Part shown: positions 13,081-23,100 of the stretch, piece by piece
Layout of the letters: each line of letters starts with the position of its first letter
Position numbering within the stretch: position 1 is the first letter of the stretch
Origin: Alphaproteobacteria bacterium
GTDB taxonomy: Bacteria > Pseudomonadota > Alphaproteobacteria > Rickettsiales > UBA3002
Assembly (NCBI GenBank): GCA_037200745.1
Contig: JBBCHK010000008.1
Location: forward strand, 12,999-76,998
Direction of reading: 5' to 3'
Length of the DNA stretch: 64,000 bases
The notes under the pieces: generated by a model
The model's input: the letters and a program-made list of their open reading frames with translations, nothing else
Database searches by the model: none
What the model was told of the DNA's origin: nothing
Position numbers and translations under genes: made by a program

Positions 13081-13270
13081 CCCTCTCCCGCTTCAGCGGG
13101 AGAGGGTTGCGTAGTCTTAACGAGCGAAGCGAGTTTAGACGGAGCTGGGAGAGGGTGCGGAGTCGCGCAGCGCGCGACGACTTCGCGCAGCGATTCTACT
13201 GACTCAGAAATTCATGCCTCGCTGCCGCTCGGGTCCCCTCTCCCTAACCCTCTCCCGCTTGCGGGAGAGG
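13081..13270. repeat. family D-type repeat, long variant (CCCTCTCCCGC TTCA GCGGGAGAGGG ... CCCTCTCCCGC TT GCGGGAGAGGG)
   Basis: Two terminal hairpins in direct orientation with an internal inverted segment, in the metK-XRE gap. Confidence 0.7.
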
Positions 13271-13278
13271 GAATCGAG

Positions 13279-13730
13279 TCAGGCGCCGGTCGGCGTCGGG
13301 ATCTTTTCGCGCTTGGGGGCTTTGCTCTCCGGCTCGTCGGCGACGGCCTTGATGAGCTCGATGATGCGCTTGCGCACCGCCGGATTCTTGATTCGGTAAT
13401 AGGCGCGCATGACGTCGAGCGTCTCGCGGTTGTTAATCTTTTCATGCTCGTAACCGGCGGGGCCCGGCTCGCCGAGGGCGAACTGCGCTACGTCGCCCGC
13501 CGCATAGTCGCCGAACCCTTCGAAGAAATACGACACCGGCACGCCCAGCGCCTTGCGAAATCGTAGATGCGGGCTGGCGCCCATCCGGTTGATACCGCGC
13601 TCATATTTCTGGATTTGCTGGAAGGTGACGCCGATCTCCTTGCCGATGGCTTCCTGGCTCAGCCCCATGATGTGCGCTTCAGGCGCAGCCGACGCCCCAC
13701 GTGGATGTCGACGGGGTGCGGATGGCTCAT
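13279..13730 (-). CDS. XRE-family helix-turn-helix transcriptional regulator, at least 1 frameshift
   Basis: Own translation from ATG 13730: MSHPHPVDIHVGRRLRLKR, then after a frame change IMGLSQEAIGKEIGVTFQQIQKYERGINR..LGVPVSYFFEG. Conserved neighbour of lnt and metK in Alphaproteobacteria. Confidence 0.8.
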
Positions 13731-13819
13731 ATGTGGGGAATGACGGGAAATCTCTTACTCTCTCTACAACCGTGAGCGTTAACCTGTTCATTACATTTAA
13801 GCAAGAAAAATTAATTTTT

Positions 13820-15370
13820 CTACATTTTTCTCACTTGGAGACTTACCCATGCCAGGCACCATGCCGCCAGAAGGACAATAAGTGTGACCCGCTCGCCGTA
13901 CCGTGCATAGAAAGTCGGCGGCAGCGGCTCGGGCAGCGCCTCGTCCATGACGCCGCGCGCATCGAGCGGCAGCATGCGCACGATGCGCCCGTACGGGTCC
14001 ACCACCGCCGAGATGCCGTTATTCGCCGCGCGCACCAGCGGCAGCCCCTGCTCCACCGCGCGCATGCGCGCCATGGCGAAATGCTGGTACGGCCCCGGCG
14101 AGCGGCCGTACCACGCGTCGTTGGTGAGGTTGAGCAGGAATTTCGGCCGCGCCCCGGGCTGCACTGCCGTCCACGGGAAGATCGCCTCGTAGCAGATGAG
14201 CGGGCTGAAGGACGGGATGTCGTCGACGGCGATCGTCTGCGCGCCGGGGCCGCGCGAGAAATCCGTGTCGCCGGGGGTGATCTTCTCCAGCGGCAGCAAC
14301 CGAGCGCCCCGGCACGAACTCACCGAACGGCACCAGCTGGTGCTTGTCGTAGCCCGCGCGCACCGCGCCGTGCTCGTCGACGGCGACGAGGGAATTCCAC
14401 AGCTTGAGCTTGTCGCCCGTATCGTCGGCGCGCACGACGCCGGTGATGAGCATCCCGCCCGGCGGCACCAGCGGCTTCAGCCGGTCCGGCCAGAGGCTGC
14501 CGGGGTACATGGTGAACGGCAGCGCCGTCTCCGACCAGATGACGATGGGCGGCGTCGGCAGCGCCATCTTCACGCGCGAGAGCGTCGAATGCATCTCGAG
14601 CGATTGCAGCCGCCCCTGCTCCGTCCACTTCACCGCCTCGGGGGATCGACGGCTGGACGATGCGCACAGCGCTCGTCCGTCAGCTCGAAATTCTTCGGGA
14701 TGCGCATCGCGCCGTAGGCGAAGGCGGCGACGACCAGCACCAGCGCGACGAGGCCGATCAGCACCCGCGCCGGGGCGTTGAAACTCGGCTTCACCCACGC
14801 CACCGGCACCAGCGCCAGCAGCACGACGAAGAAGCTCAGGCTCGTAAATGCCGCCGAGCGAGGCGATCTGCGACACGTCGCGCGAGGCGCCGGCGATATA
14901 GCCGGCGAGGTTCCACGGAAAGCCGAAGATGCCGATCGAGCGCGCGTACTCGACGAGCACCCACAGCACGGCGAAGCGCAGCAGGTCGGCCAGCGGCTCG
15001 CCGGTGCGCAGGCTCCATACGAGGAGGCCGAACAGCAGGAACCACAGCGCGAAGGCCGCGCTCAGCCCGAAGACGGTCAGCGGGATCAGCCAGCCGAACT
15101 GCGCGACGTCGACCAGCATCGAATTGGCGATCCACCACGTGCCCGCCATGAAATAGCCGTAGCCGAAGAAAAAGCCGCGCAGGATCGCCGCCGCGCGCGA
15201 CGGCGCGATTCCAGCAGCAGGTAGAATACGGGCAGCGCGACGAAGGTCACCGGCCAGAGGTGGAACGGCGCGAAGGCGAACGCCATCGCCGCGCCGGCGA
15301 GGAAGCACCACAGCACGCTCCATCTTCCGGCATGCTGCAGTCGCCGTTGGAGTTGTGCCGCGCCAGCCAT
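13820..15370 (-). CDS. lnt: apolipoprotein N-acyltransferase, frame broken at least 3 times
   Basis: N-terminal transmembrane part in 15086..15370 and 14019..15323. CN-hydrolase part SPLICYEAIFP..LLNLTNDAWYGRSPGPYQHFAMARMRAVEQGLPLVRAANNGISAVVDPYGRIV in 13820..14323. Confidence 0.9.
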
Positions 15371-15458
15371 GCCGCTTGCTACCGGCTCCGCCGGCCCATG
15401 AAAAGTTAAATACTTTTTAAGCTCTTCCTACGGGAAAGATGCGCCTGCGCTGTGCTGA

Positions 15459-16422
15459 TTATGCCAGCTTACGCCGCTGCGCTCTGCTGGGCGGGTGCAG
15501 GCGGGTGATGCGGACCTGGCGGATGCGGCGGGGGTCGGCGGCGGTGATCTCGATCTTGAGGCGCTCGCGCAGCTTCAGCACCTCGCCCTTGACCGGCACG
15601 CGGCCGAGGGTGAAGAAGATGAAGCCACCGAGCGTGTCGTAATCCTCCGGCGCCTCGCCTTCGCTGTGCAGCGTTTCGCCGAGCGTGTGCTCGATCTGCT
15701 CGATCTTGACGCGGGCGTCGGCCTCGAGCACTTCGCTGCCGACCCAGCGCAGCATTGATTCGCCGCCGTCGTCGTGCTCGTCCTGGATCTCGCCGACGAG
15801 CTCTTCGAACAAATCCTCCATGGTGACGAGGCCGAGGTGCCGCCGTATTCGTCGACCACGATCGCCATGTGGCAGGCGGAGACGCGCATCTTGAGCAGCA
15901 GGTCGAGGATGCGCATCGAGGGCGGCACGAACAGCACCTCGCGCAGCACCGCGCCGATCTCGAAATGCGCCCCGCGGCGAGGTAGGGGAACAAATCCTTG
16001 ACGTGGATGAAGCCCTCGATCTTGTCGAGCGAGTCGTCGTAGACCGGGATGCGCGTGTGCGACATCTCGATGACGTGGCTTTTGAGCTCGTCGAGCGAAA
16101 CGTCGCGGCGGATGCCGGTGATCTCCATGCGCGGGATCATCACGTCGCGCACCGTGAGCTCGCCGAAATGCATCATGTTCTTGAGCAGCGTGCGCTCTTC
16201 CTCGCGCATCGACATGCCGCCCTCGGCGGAGTCCTCCTCCAGCGCGTCCTCGATGATGGTCTTCAGCGTGCCTTCGCTCTTGCCGCCAAGCTTCTCGCGC
16301 AGCCAGCGCAGGGCGAGGTCGAAATGCGAGGCGGGATCGGGGGCCGGCGGGATATTGGTAAGGCCCGGTGCGGGGCCTGAAGGCTCGGCAGCGGGGCTTA
16401 AAGCGGCTTTGGGAGGAGGCAT
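15459..16422 (-). CDS. CBS-domain HlyC/CorC (TlyC) family protein, frame broken at least 3 times
   Basis: LTVRDVMIPRMEI..SHTRIPVYDDSLDKIEGFIHVKDL (15469..16422), HMAIVVDEYGGT (15575..15949), and the CorC_HlyC C-terminus EDLFEELVGEIQDEHD..DYDTLGGFIFFTLGRVP (15459..15821). Confidence 0.85.
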
Positions 16423-16434
16423 GATGCCCTCACT

Positions 16435-16873
16435 TTAATCGCTGAGGTAAGGGTTCGCAATACCCATCGCCCGAAGAAGCGATATCTCGCGCTTTTTCCA
16501 TGCGCTTGGCCTCGGCGGGCTTTTCGTGGTCGTGGCCATTCAGGTGCAGCAGCCCGTGCAAAAGCAGGTGCGCCAGGTGGTGCTCGAAGCGCTTGCCCTG
16601 CGCTTTCGCCTCGGCGCGGATGGTCTCGTAGGCCAGCACGATGTCGCCCAGGTGTTCGCCCTCGCCGTCGGGAAAGGAGAGCACGTTGGTCGCCTTGTCA
16701 CGCCCGCGAAAATCGTGGTTGAGCGGGCGGATCTCCGCATCGTTGGTGAGCACGACGGTGAGCGAAACGTCGCCGAGCTTCTCACTGGTCACCCCCGCCT
16801 TCATCACCTTGCGGGCAAGCGCCTTGTACTTCGCGAAGCGGCGGTCGTGGATGAGGACGGCGACGGCGCTCAT
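16435..16873 (-). CDS. ybeY: rRNA maturation endoribonuclease YbeY, 1 frameshift near the 3' end
   Basis: HLLLHGLLHLNGHDH zinc motif. An extra A in the run GGAAAAAGCG shifts the last codons. The corrected tail is EISLLRAMGIANPYLSD with stop at 16435-16437. Confidence 0.9.
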
Positions 16874-17904
16874 TCGCGCTCGGTGCCCGGTTCGGAATAT
16901 TGCTTCTTCTTCTCTTCCCACTCGTCGTAGGCCTTGATGATCTTGGCGGCGAGCGGGTGGCGGACCACGTCGCCGTCCGAGAAGCGCACCGTCTCGATGC
17001 CGGGAATGTGCTCGATCTTCGGAATGCAGTCGGCGAGGCCGGACTTCACGTCCTTCGGCAAATCGACCTGCGACAGGTCGCCCGTCACCACGATGCGCGA
17101 GCGCTCGCCCATGCGGGTGAGGAACATTTTCATCTGCGTGCGCGTGGTGTTCTGCGCCTCGTCCAATATGACGAAGGCGTTGCTGAAGGTGCGGCCGCGC
17201 ATGAAGGCGAGCGGCGCCAATTCAATTTCACCGTTCTCGATGGCGGCGTTGACCTTCTCCGCCGGCATCATGTCGAACAGCGCGTCGTAGAGCGGGCGCA
17301 TGTAGGGATCGATCTTCTCCTTCATGTCGCCGGGCAGGAAGCCGAGCCGCTCGCCCGCCTCCACCGCCGGCCGCGACAGGATGATGCGCTCGACCTTCTT
17401 GTTGAGGAAATAATAGACCGCCATCGCCACCGCGACGTAGGTCTTGCCGGTGCCGGCGGGCCCGAGCGCGAAGACCATGTCGTTCTCGTACAGCGCGCGC
17501 ACGTAGTTGGCCTGCACGTGCGTGTAGGGCACGACGGTCTTCTTCATCGTGCGGATGTAGACGTCGCTCTGCACGCCTTCGCGCTCGGTGGTCTTCGATT
17601 TCTTGTCGACGACCGGCGGCATCAGGCGGATGGCGGCGTCCACCTCCGCCTCGCCGACGGCCCCGCCGTTCTCGATCTGGCGGTAGAGCGTCTGCATCAG
17701 CCGCTCGGTGGCGTCGATGTCGCGCTTGTGGCCGGTGATCGAGACCATGTTGCCGCGCGCGATGAGCGCGACGTTCAGCCGCTCCTCGATGCGCTCGAGA
17801 TGCGCGTCGTGGTCGCCGTAAAGCATCGGCAGATACTGGTTGTGTTCGAAAAAGACGTTGACCGTCTGGTGGTCGCGCGCGGCGCGCTTATCGGGCTTGG
17901 CCAT
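16870..17904 (-). CDS. phoH: PhoH-like ATPase (YbeZ)
   Basis: Intact 344 aa. Walker [10 protein letters not shown], then [19 protein letters not shown] and FVILDEAQN. Confidence 0.95.
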   Translation of the reverse strand: MAKPDKRAARDHQTVNVFFEHNQYLPMLYGDHDAHLERIEERLNVALIARGNMVSITGHKRDIDATERLMQTLYRQIENGGAVGEAEVDAAIRLMPPVVDKKSKTTEREGVQSDVYIRTMKKTVVPYTHVQANYVRALYENDMVFALGPAGTGKTYVAVAMAVYYFLNKKVERIILSRPAVEAGERLGFLPGDMKEKIDPYMRPLYDALFDMMPAEKVNAAIENGEIELAPLAFMRGRTFSNAFVILDEAQNTTRTQMKMFLTRMGERSRIVVTGDLSQVDLPKDVKSGLADCIPKIEHIPGIETVRFSDGDVVRHPLAAKIIKAYDEWEEKKKQYSEPGTERE

Positions 17905-18069
17905 TCATTCTCCTGATGCCTCAAGCTAGGCCCCGCCAACGGCGACGTCAACCAGCCGATGGCGGCCGTCCCCTGCATTCTCGGCAAGGGCGGATTGCGT
18001 GCGGCCAATAATTATCTTTACCGTCCCGCCGGGTTGCCCTACGTTCCTGCGCAGACGGTTTCGGCCGTC

Positions 18070-18237
18070 CGGGGCGTAGAAACCCCCTGCTATAGCGGCT
18101 TTCAGTGTAGCCGTTACTCACACTCCTCGACCGCAGGGTCGGGGAGGCGTTAGCGTATGTCCAAGGCGCAAGCCTAAAGGCTGACGCGAACCTTCTATAG
18201 CAGGTTTTTCTAACTCCCCGATCACCATCGGAGGAGT
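18070..18237 (+). promoter_or_regulatory. structured 5' leader RNA (candidate riboswitch/attenuator), copy 1
   Basis: Nested helices read by eye. P1 is 18086-18095/18195-18204. Hairpins at 18105-18123 and 18125-18144, then 18147-18154/18180-18187 capped by a GCAA hairpin at 18164-18175. U-run after P1. SD-sequestering hairpin at 18213-18237. A covarying second copy lies at 51013-51180. Confidence 0.6.
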
Positions 18238-18239
18238 CG

Positions 18240-19295
18240 GTGCGCGTTCTGTATATCGGCAATGCGGGGCAGAAATCTCCCGGCGCGAACTATTATTCCT
18301 CGCACCGGCGCGCCGTGAACGGCCTGCGGCGCAGCGGCCACGACGTCCTGCATTTCAGCGACCGCGACCGGCTGCGGACGAAGCGGCCGCTGCCTTTCGC
18401 CGCGCGGCGCGTCAACGTCGAGCTGCTGCGCATCGCGCGCGGCTTCCAGCCCGAAGCGCTCATCCTGTGCTGCGCCGAGATCGTCACCAACGAAACGCTG
18501 GAAAAACTCAAGGCCGCCAGCCCGGGCGTGCGTATCGCGCAAATCAACATCGACTGCATCTTCAACCCGGACAACGCCCGCCGCTTTCGCGCGCGGCGCG
18601 GCTATGTCGACATGCAGTTCTTCACCACCGCCGGCGACGCGCTCGCGGCCTTCGCCACGGCGGGCGCACCCTGCTATTTCATCCCGCAGCTGGTCGATTC
18701 CTCCATCGACACCGGCCGCGCCTTCGCGCTCGACGCCCCCGCTTACGACCTCACCTGCACCATGACCGTCGATCCGCGCTTCGAGGACAGCGCGTGGCGG
18801 CAGTCGCTGGCGCTCGGGCTGAAGCGCAACCTGCCGGAGCTCGCCACCTGCTATCGCGGCTTCGGCGGCCATCCGCCGCTGTACGGCCGCGCCTATATCG
18901 AGGCCTACGGCAACTCGGCGATGGCGCTCAATCTTAGCCAGACGATGTCCGGCAACGTCGCATCCACCGAGGCCGAGCGTTATCTCTATTCCTCCAACCG
19001 CATCGCCCACATCATCGGCAACGGCGCGCTTGCCTTCATTCCCGACGAGTTCGGCCTCGACGAGCTTTACCCGGACGCCGTCTTCTTCTCCGGCCTCGAC
19101 GAGCTGACCGACAAGGTCCGTTTCTACTGGGACCGTCCCGAGGAGCGGCAGGCCATCGCGTGGCTCAGCTGGCGCCGGGCGCATGCAGAGTTCGACAGCG
19201 CGCGCATCATGCGCTACGTCCTCGACCGGATTTTCGAACGGCCCCCCGGCCGCGATTACGCGTGGCCGGTGCGGCCGGTCTTCGCCGCCGCTTAA
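18240..19295 (+). CDS. CgeB-like glycosyltransferase-family protein, paralog 1 (351 aa)
   Basis: Intact ORF with GTG start after GGAGGAG. The C-terminal segment NRIAHIIGNGALAFIPDEFGLDELY..VFFSGLDELTDKVRFYWDRPEERQAIAW resembles the Glyco_trans_1_2/CgeB C-terminal domain. The assignment is from memory of the family only. Confidence 0.6.
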   Translation: MRVLYIGNAGQKSPGANYYSSHRRAVNGLRRSGHDVLHFSDRDRLRTKRPLPFAARRVNVELLRIARGFQPEALILCCAEIVTNETLEKLKAASPGVRIAQINIDCIFNPDNARRFRARRGYVDMQFFTTAGDALAAFATAGAPCYFIPQLVDSSIDTGRAFALDAPAYDLTCTMTVDPRFEDSAWRQSLALGLKRNLPELATCYRGFGGHPPLYGRAYIEAYGNSAMALNLSQTMSGNVASTEAERYLYSSNRIAHIIGNGALAFIPDEFGLDELYPDAVFFSGLDELTDKVRFYWDRPEERQAIAWLSWRRAHAEFDSARIMRYVLDRIFERPPGRDYAWPVRPVFAAA

Positions 19296-19339
19296 AAACC
19301 CTTTATCCCGTCCCGCACATGGCCTAGCTTGCGGGCCGT

Positions 19340-20413
19340 ATGAGGATCATCTACGTGGGCAACGCCGCGCTCAACTATGCCGGCAGCCGTTATTACTACC
19401 ACCATCGCCGCTTCGTGAACGGGCTGGTGCGCGGCGGGCACGACGTCTGGTTCTTCTCCGACCGCGACCAGTTCCGCGCCAAGTTCCCGCTCGTGCGCAA
19501 GCGCCGCGCCGTCAACCGCGACCTCGTCGCGCTGGCGAAGAATTACGAGCCGGAGGCGGTGTTCCTCTGCAGCGCCGAGATCATCACCAACGACACGCTG
19601 CGCGAGATCCGGGCCATGTTGCCCGCCCTGCGCATCGCGCAGATCAATGTCGACGCGGTCTATAACGACTATAACCGCCGCCGCTTCCTCGCCCGGCGCG
19701 AGGTGCTCGATGCGCAGTTCTTCAACACCGCCGGCGCGGCGGCGCTTTCGCCCTTCGCCAGCGACCGCGCGCCCTGCTATTTCCTCCCCAACCTCACCGA
19801 TTCGGGCCAGGACACCGGCCGCGCCTTCGACCTCGACAAGCCGCCCTACGACCTCATCTGCACGCAAAGCACCGACCCCAGGGTGCCCAGCGACATGGAG
19901 CGCGAAAAGCTGGCGCTCGACATCGAGCGCGCCCTGCCCGGGCTCGTCACCTGCTACCGCGGCTTCGCCGGGCGGCCGGGGCTGCACGGCCGCGCCTATA
20001 TCAAGGCCACCGGCGAATCGGCGATGGGGCTCAACCTGACGAAGACCGCCTCCGGCGGCGGCGAATCGACGCTGGCGACGCGCTATCTCGGCACCTCCTC
20101 GCGCCTCGCCCACATCATGGGCAACGGCGCGCTGGCGCTGATCCCCGACCAGTTCGGCCTCGAATCGATGTACCGCGACGGCGAGGACGCCGTCTTCTTC
20201 GCCAACGCTGGCGACGCCATCGAGAAGATCGGCTTCTACCGCAGCAACCCGCAGGCGCGCCGGTCGATCGCGCGCAAGGGCTGGGAAAAAGCGCACGGCG
20301 AGTTCGAAGGGCATATCGTCATGCAATACGCCCTCGCCCGGCTGATGGGCCACAAGCTGGCGCGCGACTATATCTGGCCGACGGAAGCCGTCTTCGACGG
20401 CGCGCGGGCATGA
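19340..20413 (+). CDS. CgeB-like glycosyltransferase-family protein, paralog 2 (357 aa)
   Basis: Collinear with the preceding gene; roughly half of aligned residues are identical by eye. Its stop overlaps the tsaB start (ATGA at 20410-20413). Confidence 0.6.
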   Translation: MRIIYVGNAALNYAGSRYYYHHRRFVNGLVRGGHDVWFFSDRDQFRAKFPLVRKRRAVNRDLVALAKNYEPEAVFLCSAEIITNDTLREIRAMLPALRIAQINVDAVYNDYNRRRFLARREVLDAQFFNTAGAAALSPFASDRAPCYFLPNLTDSGQDTGRAFDLDKPPYDLICTQSTDPRVPSDMEREKLALDIERALPGLVTCYRGFAGRPGLHGRAYIKATGESAMGLNLTKTASGGGESTLATRYLGTSSRLAHIMGNGALALIPDQFGLESMYRDGEDAVFFANAGDAIEKIGFYRSNPQARRSIARKGWEKAHGEFEGHIVMQYALARLMGHKLARDYIWPTEAVFDGARA

Positions 20414-21054
20414 GCGAAAGCCCCATCCTCGCCTTCGACTGCTCGACGCAGGCGGCCGGCGTCGCCCTCCTCGCGCATGGGCGGACGGAGGAGCGCGCCA
20501 TCGCGCAAGGCCGCCAGGCCGCCGAGCTGGTCGACGCCATCGACGCGCTGATGCGGGGCGCGAACGTCGCCTACGGCGAGCTCGGCGCCATCGTCACCAC
20601 GCTCGGGCCGGGCAGCTTTACCGGCCTGCGCATCGCGCTCGCCACGCTGCACGGGCTGGTGCTCGCCGTGCCGCGCCCGGTGAAGACCCTCACCAGCACC
20701 GAGGCCGTCGCCTGGGACATCGCCCGCTGGGCCGACTCGCCGGAGCATTTCGCCATCGCCATGAACGCCGGCAAGGGCGAAATTTTCTGGCAGAGCTTCA
20801 CCAACGATGCCAACCGCCCGCGCGCACAGGGCGATATCGAGCTCGGAAGCCCCGAAGCGCTCGCCGGGCTCACCGTGCCTTTCTACGGCAACACGCTCGA
20901 CCCTGCCGATGCGCACTACATCGCCGGCCCCTCGGCCGCCGTGCTCTGCGCCATCGCCGCCGAGCTTCCGGAATCGCCGCTTTCGCAGGCGCAGCCGCTC
21001 TATATCCGCCCGCCGGACGCGAAAATCCCTGAGCAGCCTGCATGGCTGGCTTGA
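20410..21054 (+). CDS. tsaB: tRNA t6A37 biosynthesis protein TsaB (YeaZ)
   Basis: ILAFDCSTQAAGVALL ... LGAIVTTLGPGSFTGLRIALATLHGL. Confidence 0.85.
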   Translation: MSESPILAFDCSTQAAGVALLAHGRTEERAIAQGRQAAELVDAIDALMRGANVAYGELGAIVTTLGPGSFTGLRIALATLHGLVLAVPRPVKTLTSTEAVAWDIARWADSPEHFAIAMNAGKGEIFWQSFTNDANRPRAQGDIELGSPEALAGLTVPFYGNTLDPADAHYIAGPSAAVLCAIAAELPESPLSQAQPLYIRPPDAKIPEQPAWLA

Positions 21055-21066
21055 GAAAAGAGGCTC

Positions 21067-21142
21067 GTCATGCTCGGTCGCGCATCGCGCGATCCGGGCA
21101 TCCATGGGTCCCCGGACGACGCGATGCGTCGCCGAGGATGAC
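21067..21142. repeat. palindromic repeat, family C (GTCATGCTCGG..GCATCGCGC..CCGGGCATCCATGG(A/G)TCCCCGGAC..CGCCGAGGATGAC)
   Basis: Centred on CCATGG. Other copies at 39613-39680 (partial) and 62344-62419. Confidence 0.8.
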
Positions 21143-21196
21143 GGAAAATGAAAATTTCCCATGATGGATTTATAGAGATCGTATTATGGGAGTCTC

Positions 21197-21778
21197 ATGA
21201 AAAAGCCCCTGCTCTTCGCCATTGCCCTGCTCGCCCTCGCCGGCTGCGTCGATAGCGCCGAGACGTACCACGCGCAGCGTTTCGACTTCGCGACGCAGCC
21301 GTCGGTGCGCATCAACGTCGCGCGGGTGAAGGTCGTCAACGCGTATCGCCCGCCGCTCGCCGCGCCGAACGTCGAGCAGGATTTCCCGACGCCGCCTGCG
21401 AAAGCCGTCGCGCTCTGGGTGCGCCAGCGGCTGCAGGCGGCGGGAACGCAGGGCGTGCTCGAAGTCACCATCGACGACGCCTCGGTGCGCGAAAACAAAT
21501 TGCCGGTCGATAAAAGCGTCAGCGGCTTCTTCACCGACCAGCAGACCAGCCGCCTCGACGCACGGCTGCACGTGACGTTGCGGCTCTATACCGGCGGCGA
21601 CGCGATGTCGGCGGCGAGCGGCGATATCACCGTCACCCGCTCGGTCACGCTCAACCGCAAGGCCTCCGTCACCGACCGCGAGCGCGCCTTCGACGACATG
21701 GTCGCCGCCATGATGACCGATTTCGACATGCAGGCGCATGACCGGCTGAATAGTTATTTTAAGGCCTACATGCTGTAG
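21197..21778 (+). CDS. putative lipoprotein, 193 aa
   Basis: MKKPLLFAIALLALAGC signal peptide with an LAGC lipobox. RBS GGGAG. Confidence 0.75.
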   Translation: MKKPLLFAIALLALAGCVDSAETYHAQRFDFATQPSVRINVARVKVVNAYRPPLAAPNVEQDFPTPPAKAVALWVRQRLQAAGTQGVLEVTIDDASVRENKLPVDKSVSGFFTDQQTSRLDARLHVTLRLYTGGDAMSAASGDITVTRSVTLNRKASVTDRERAFDDMVAAMMTDFDMQAHDRLNSYFKAYML

Positions 21779-21784
21779 GCCGGG

Positions 21785-22444
21785 TCAATCCGTTGTCTTT
21801 TTCGGGAATGCCTTGCCATACATCCACTTCACGCCGCGCTTGAAGTGACTCCAGTACCAGCCGCGCGGCCTCAGCTCGATGACGGCGGTGCCGGCGATGC
21901 GGTCGTGCCAGCCGCGATGCTCGCGGCCGAAGGTGATCCAGAAAATGCCGAGCATCAGCGGCAGGATGCTGACGATATAACCGAAATAGCGCACGACGAA
22001 CTGCCAGCGCGCCGGGCGCTCCAGCGTTTTGCGGTCGACGATGCGCAGGCCGAGCAGCCATTTCCCCGGCGTCGTCCCGCTGGCGCATTGCGTGCCGACG
22101 ATGGCGACGCCGATGATGCCCACCTGCACCGCCATGTTGATCAGCCACAGCTGCGGCTGGTGCGACGCCCACAGCAGCGGGAAATCGTGGATCACCGCCG
22201 CCGCGTCCGGCGCCGAGTTGATCGCGTCGCGCGCTTCCGCCAGCTTCCCGGGATCGACATGCGCGTAGATGCGCTCCTGCAGCCAGAGGAACATGGAGAA
22301 GAACAGGATATAGAGCACCATCACGTCGATGGCCGAGGCCATGGCGCGCTCGTTGAGGTCGGCGAAGCGCGGGCCTTCCGGCTCCGGCCGGCGGCGGCGC
22401 GCCGGGTTGGCGTAATAGACCAGCTTGTCCATCAGCGCTTTCAT
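21785..22444 (-). CDS. RDD-family membrane protein
   Basis: Multi-pass membrane protein with GTTPGKWLLGLRIVD and HRGWHDRIAGTAV (RDD signature). Its ATG overlaps the bioD stop (ATGA). Confidence 0.8.
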   Translation of the reverse strand: MKALMDKLVYYANPARRRRPEPEGPRFADLNERAMASAIDVMVLYILFFSMFLWLQERIYAHVDPGKLAEARDAINSAPDAAAVIHDFPLLWASHQPQLWLINMAVQVGIIGVAIVGTQCASGTTPGKWLLGLRIVDRKTLERPARWQFVVRYFGYIVSILPLMLGIFWITFGREHRGWHDRIAGTAVIELRPRGWYWSHFKRGVKWMYGKAFPKKTTD

Positions 22445-23100
22445 TCGAGCTCCCTGCCGAGGCGGTGCAGTTCCGTCGCCTCGCGCCACGAGGATACGCG
22501 CGGCTGCGCCACAATCAACGGAATATCGCGCGCGAAGCGTTTGAGCGTGTCGGCGGTGGAGGAAAGCGGCACCGCGCTGCCCTCCGATTCGCAGATAATA
22601 AGCGCGGCGATGCGCAATTCCCGCAGCGCGTCGATGGCCGTCAGCGTATGGCTCAGCGCGCCGAGATAGCTGCCCGTCACCACGATCACCGGCGCGCCGA
22701 GCGCGACCATCCAGTCGCGGGTGGTGTGGCTGTCGTCCAGCGGCACCATCGCGCCTCCGACTCCTTCCATCAGGCGCAACCCCTCGCCTGTTATTTGCGC
22801 GCGCGACCAGCTCACCAGCGCATCGAAATCCAGCGCTTTGCTTTCATCCGCCATGTTGGGTGAGAGCGCCGCCGGGAAGCGCCACGGGTTGATCGCTTCG
22901 GCGTTCGCTTCCGTCACCGCCTTGTCACAGGCTTCGAGCAATTGCGCAACGTCGCCCTCCGCCGCGCGCGAGACGCCGCTGGCGACCGGCTTGAAGCCGC
23001 GCGCGGCGCGGCCGGCGGCGTGGGCGCCGTGCAGCAGCGCGCAGGCGGCGAAGGTCTTGCCGACGTCGGTCCCCGCGCCGGTGACGACGTAGAAGCTCAT
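22441..23100 (-). CDS. bioD: dethiobiotin synthetase
   Basis: MSFYVVTGAGTDVGKTFAACALL P-loop, within the bio operon. Confidence 0.9.
   Translation of the reverse strand: MSFYVVTGAGTDVGKTFAACALLHGAHAAGRAARGFKPVASGVSRAAEGDVAQLLEACDKAVTEANAEAINPWRFPAALSPNMADESKALDFDALVSWSRAQITGEGLRLMEGVGGAMVPLDDSHTTRDWMVALGAPVIVVTGSYLGALSHTLTAIDALRELRIAALIICESEGSAVPLSSTADTLKRFARDIPLIVAQPRVSSWREATELHRLGRELE

Noticed and set aside
18222-20353. Two long minus-strand ORFs (18222..19184 and 19292..20353) opposite the glycosyltransferase genes.
   Set aside because: The plus-strand products are mutually homologous paralogs with an RBS and a plausible domain. The minus-strand translations are Arg/Ala/Gly-rich and not similar to anything I recognise.
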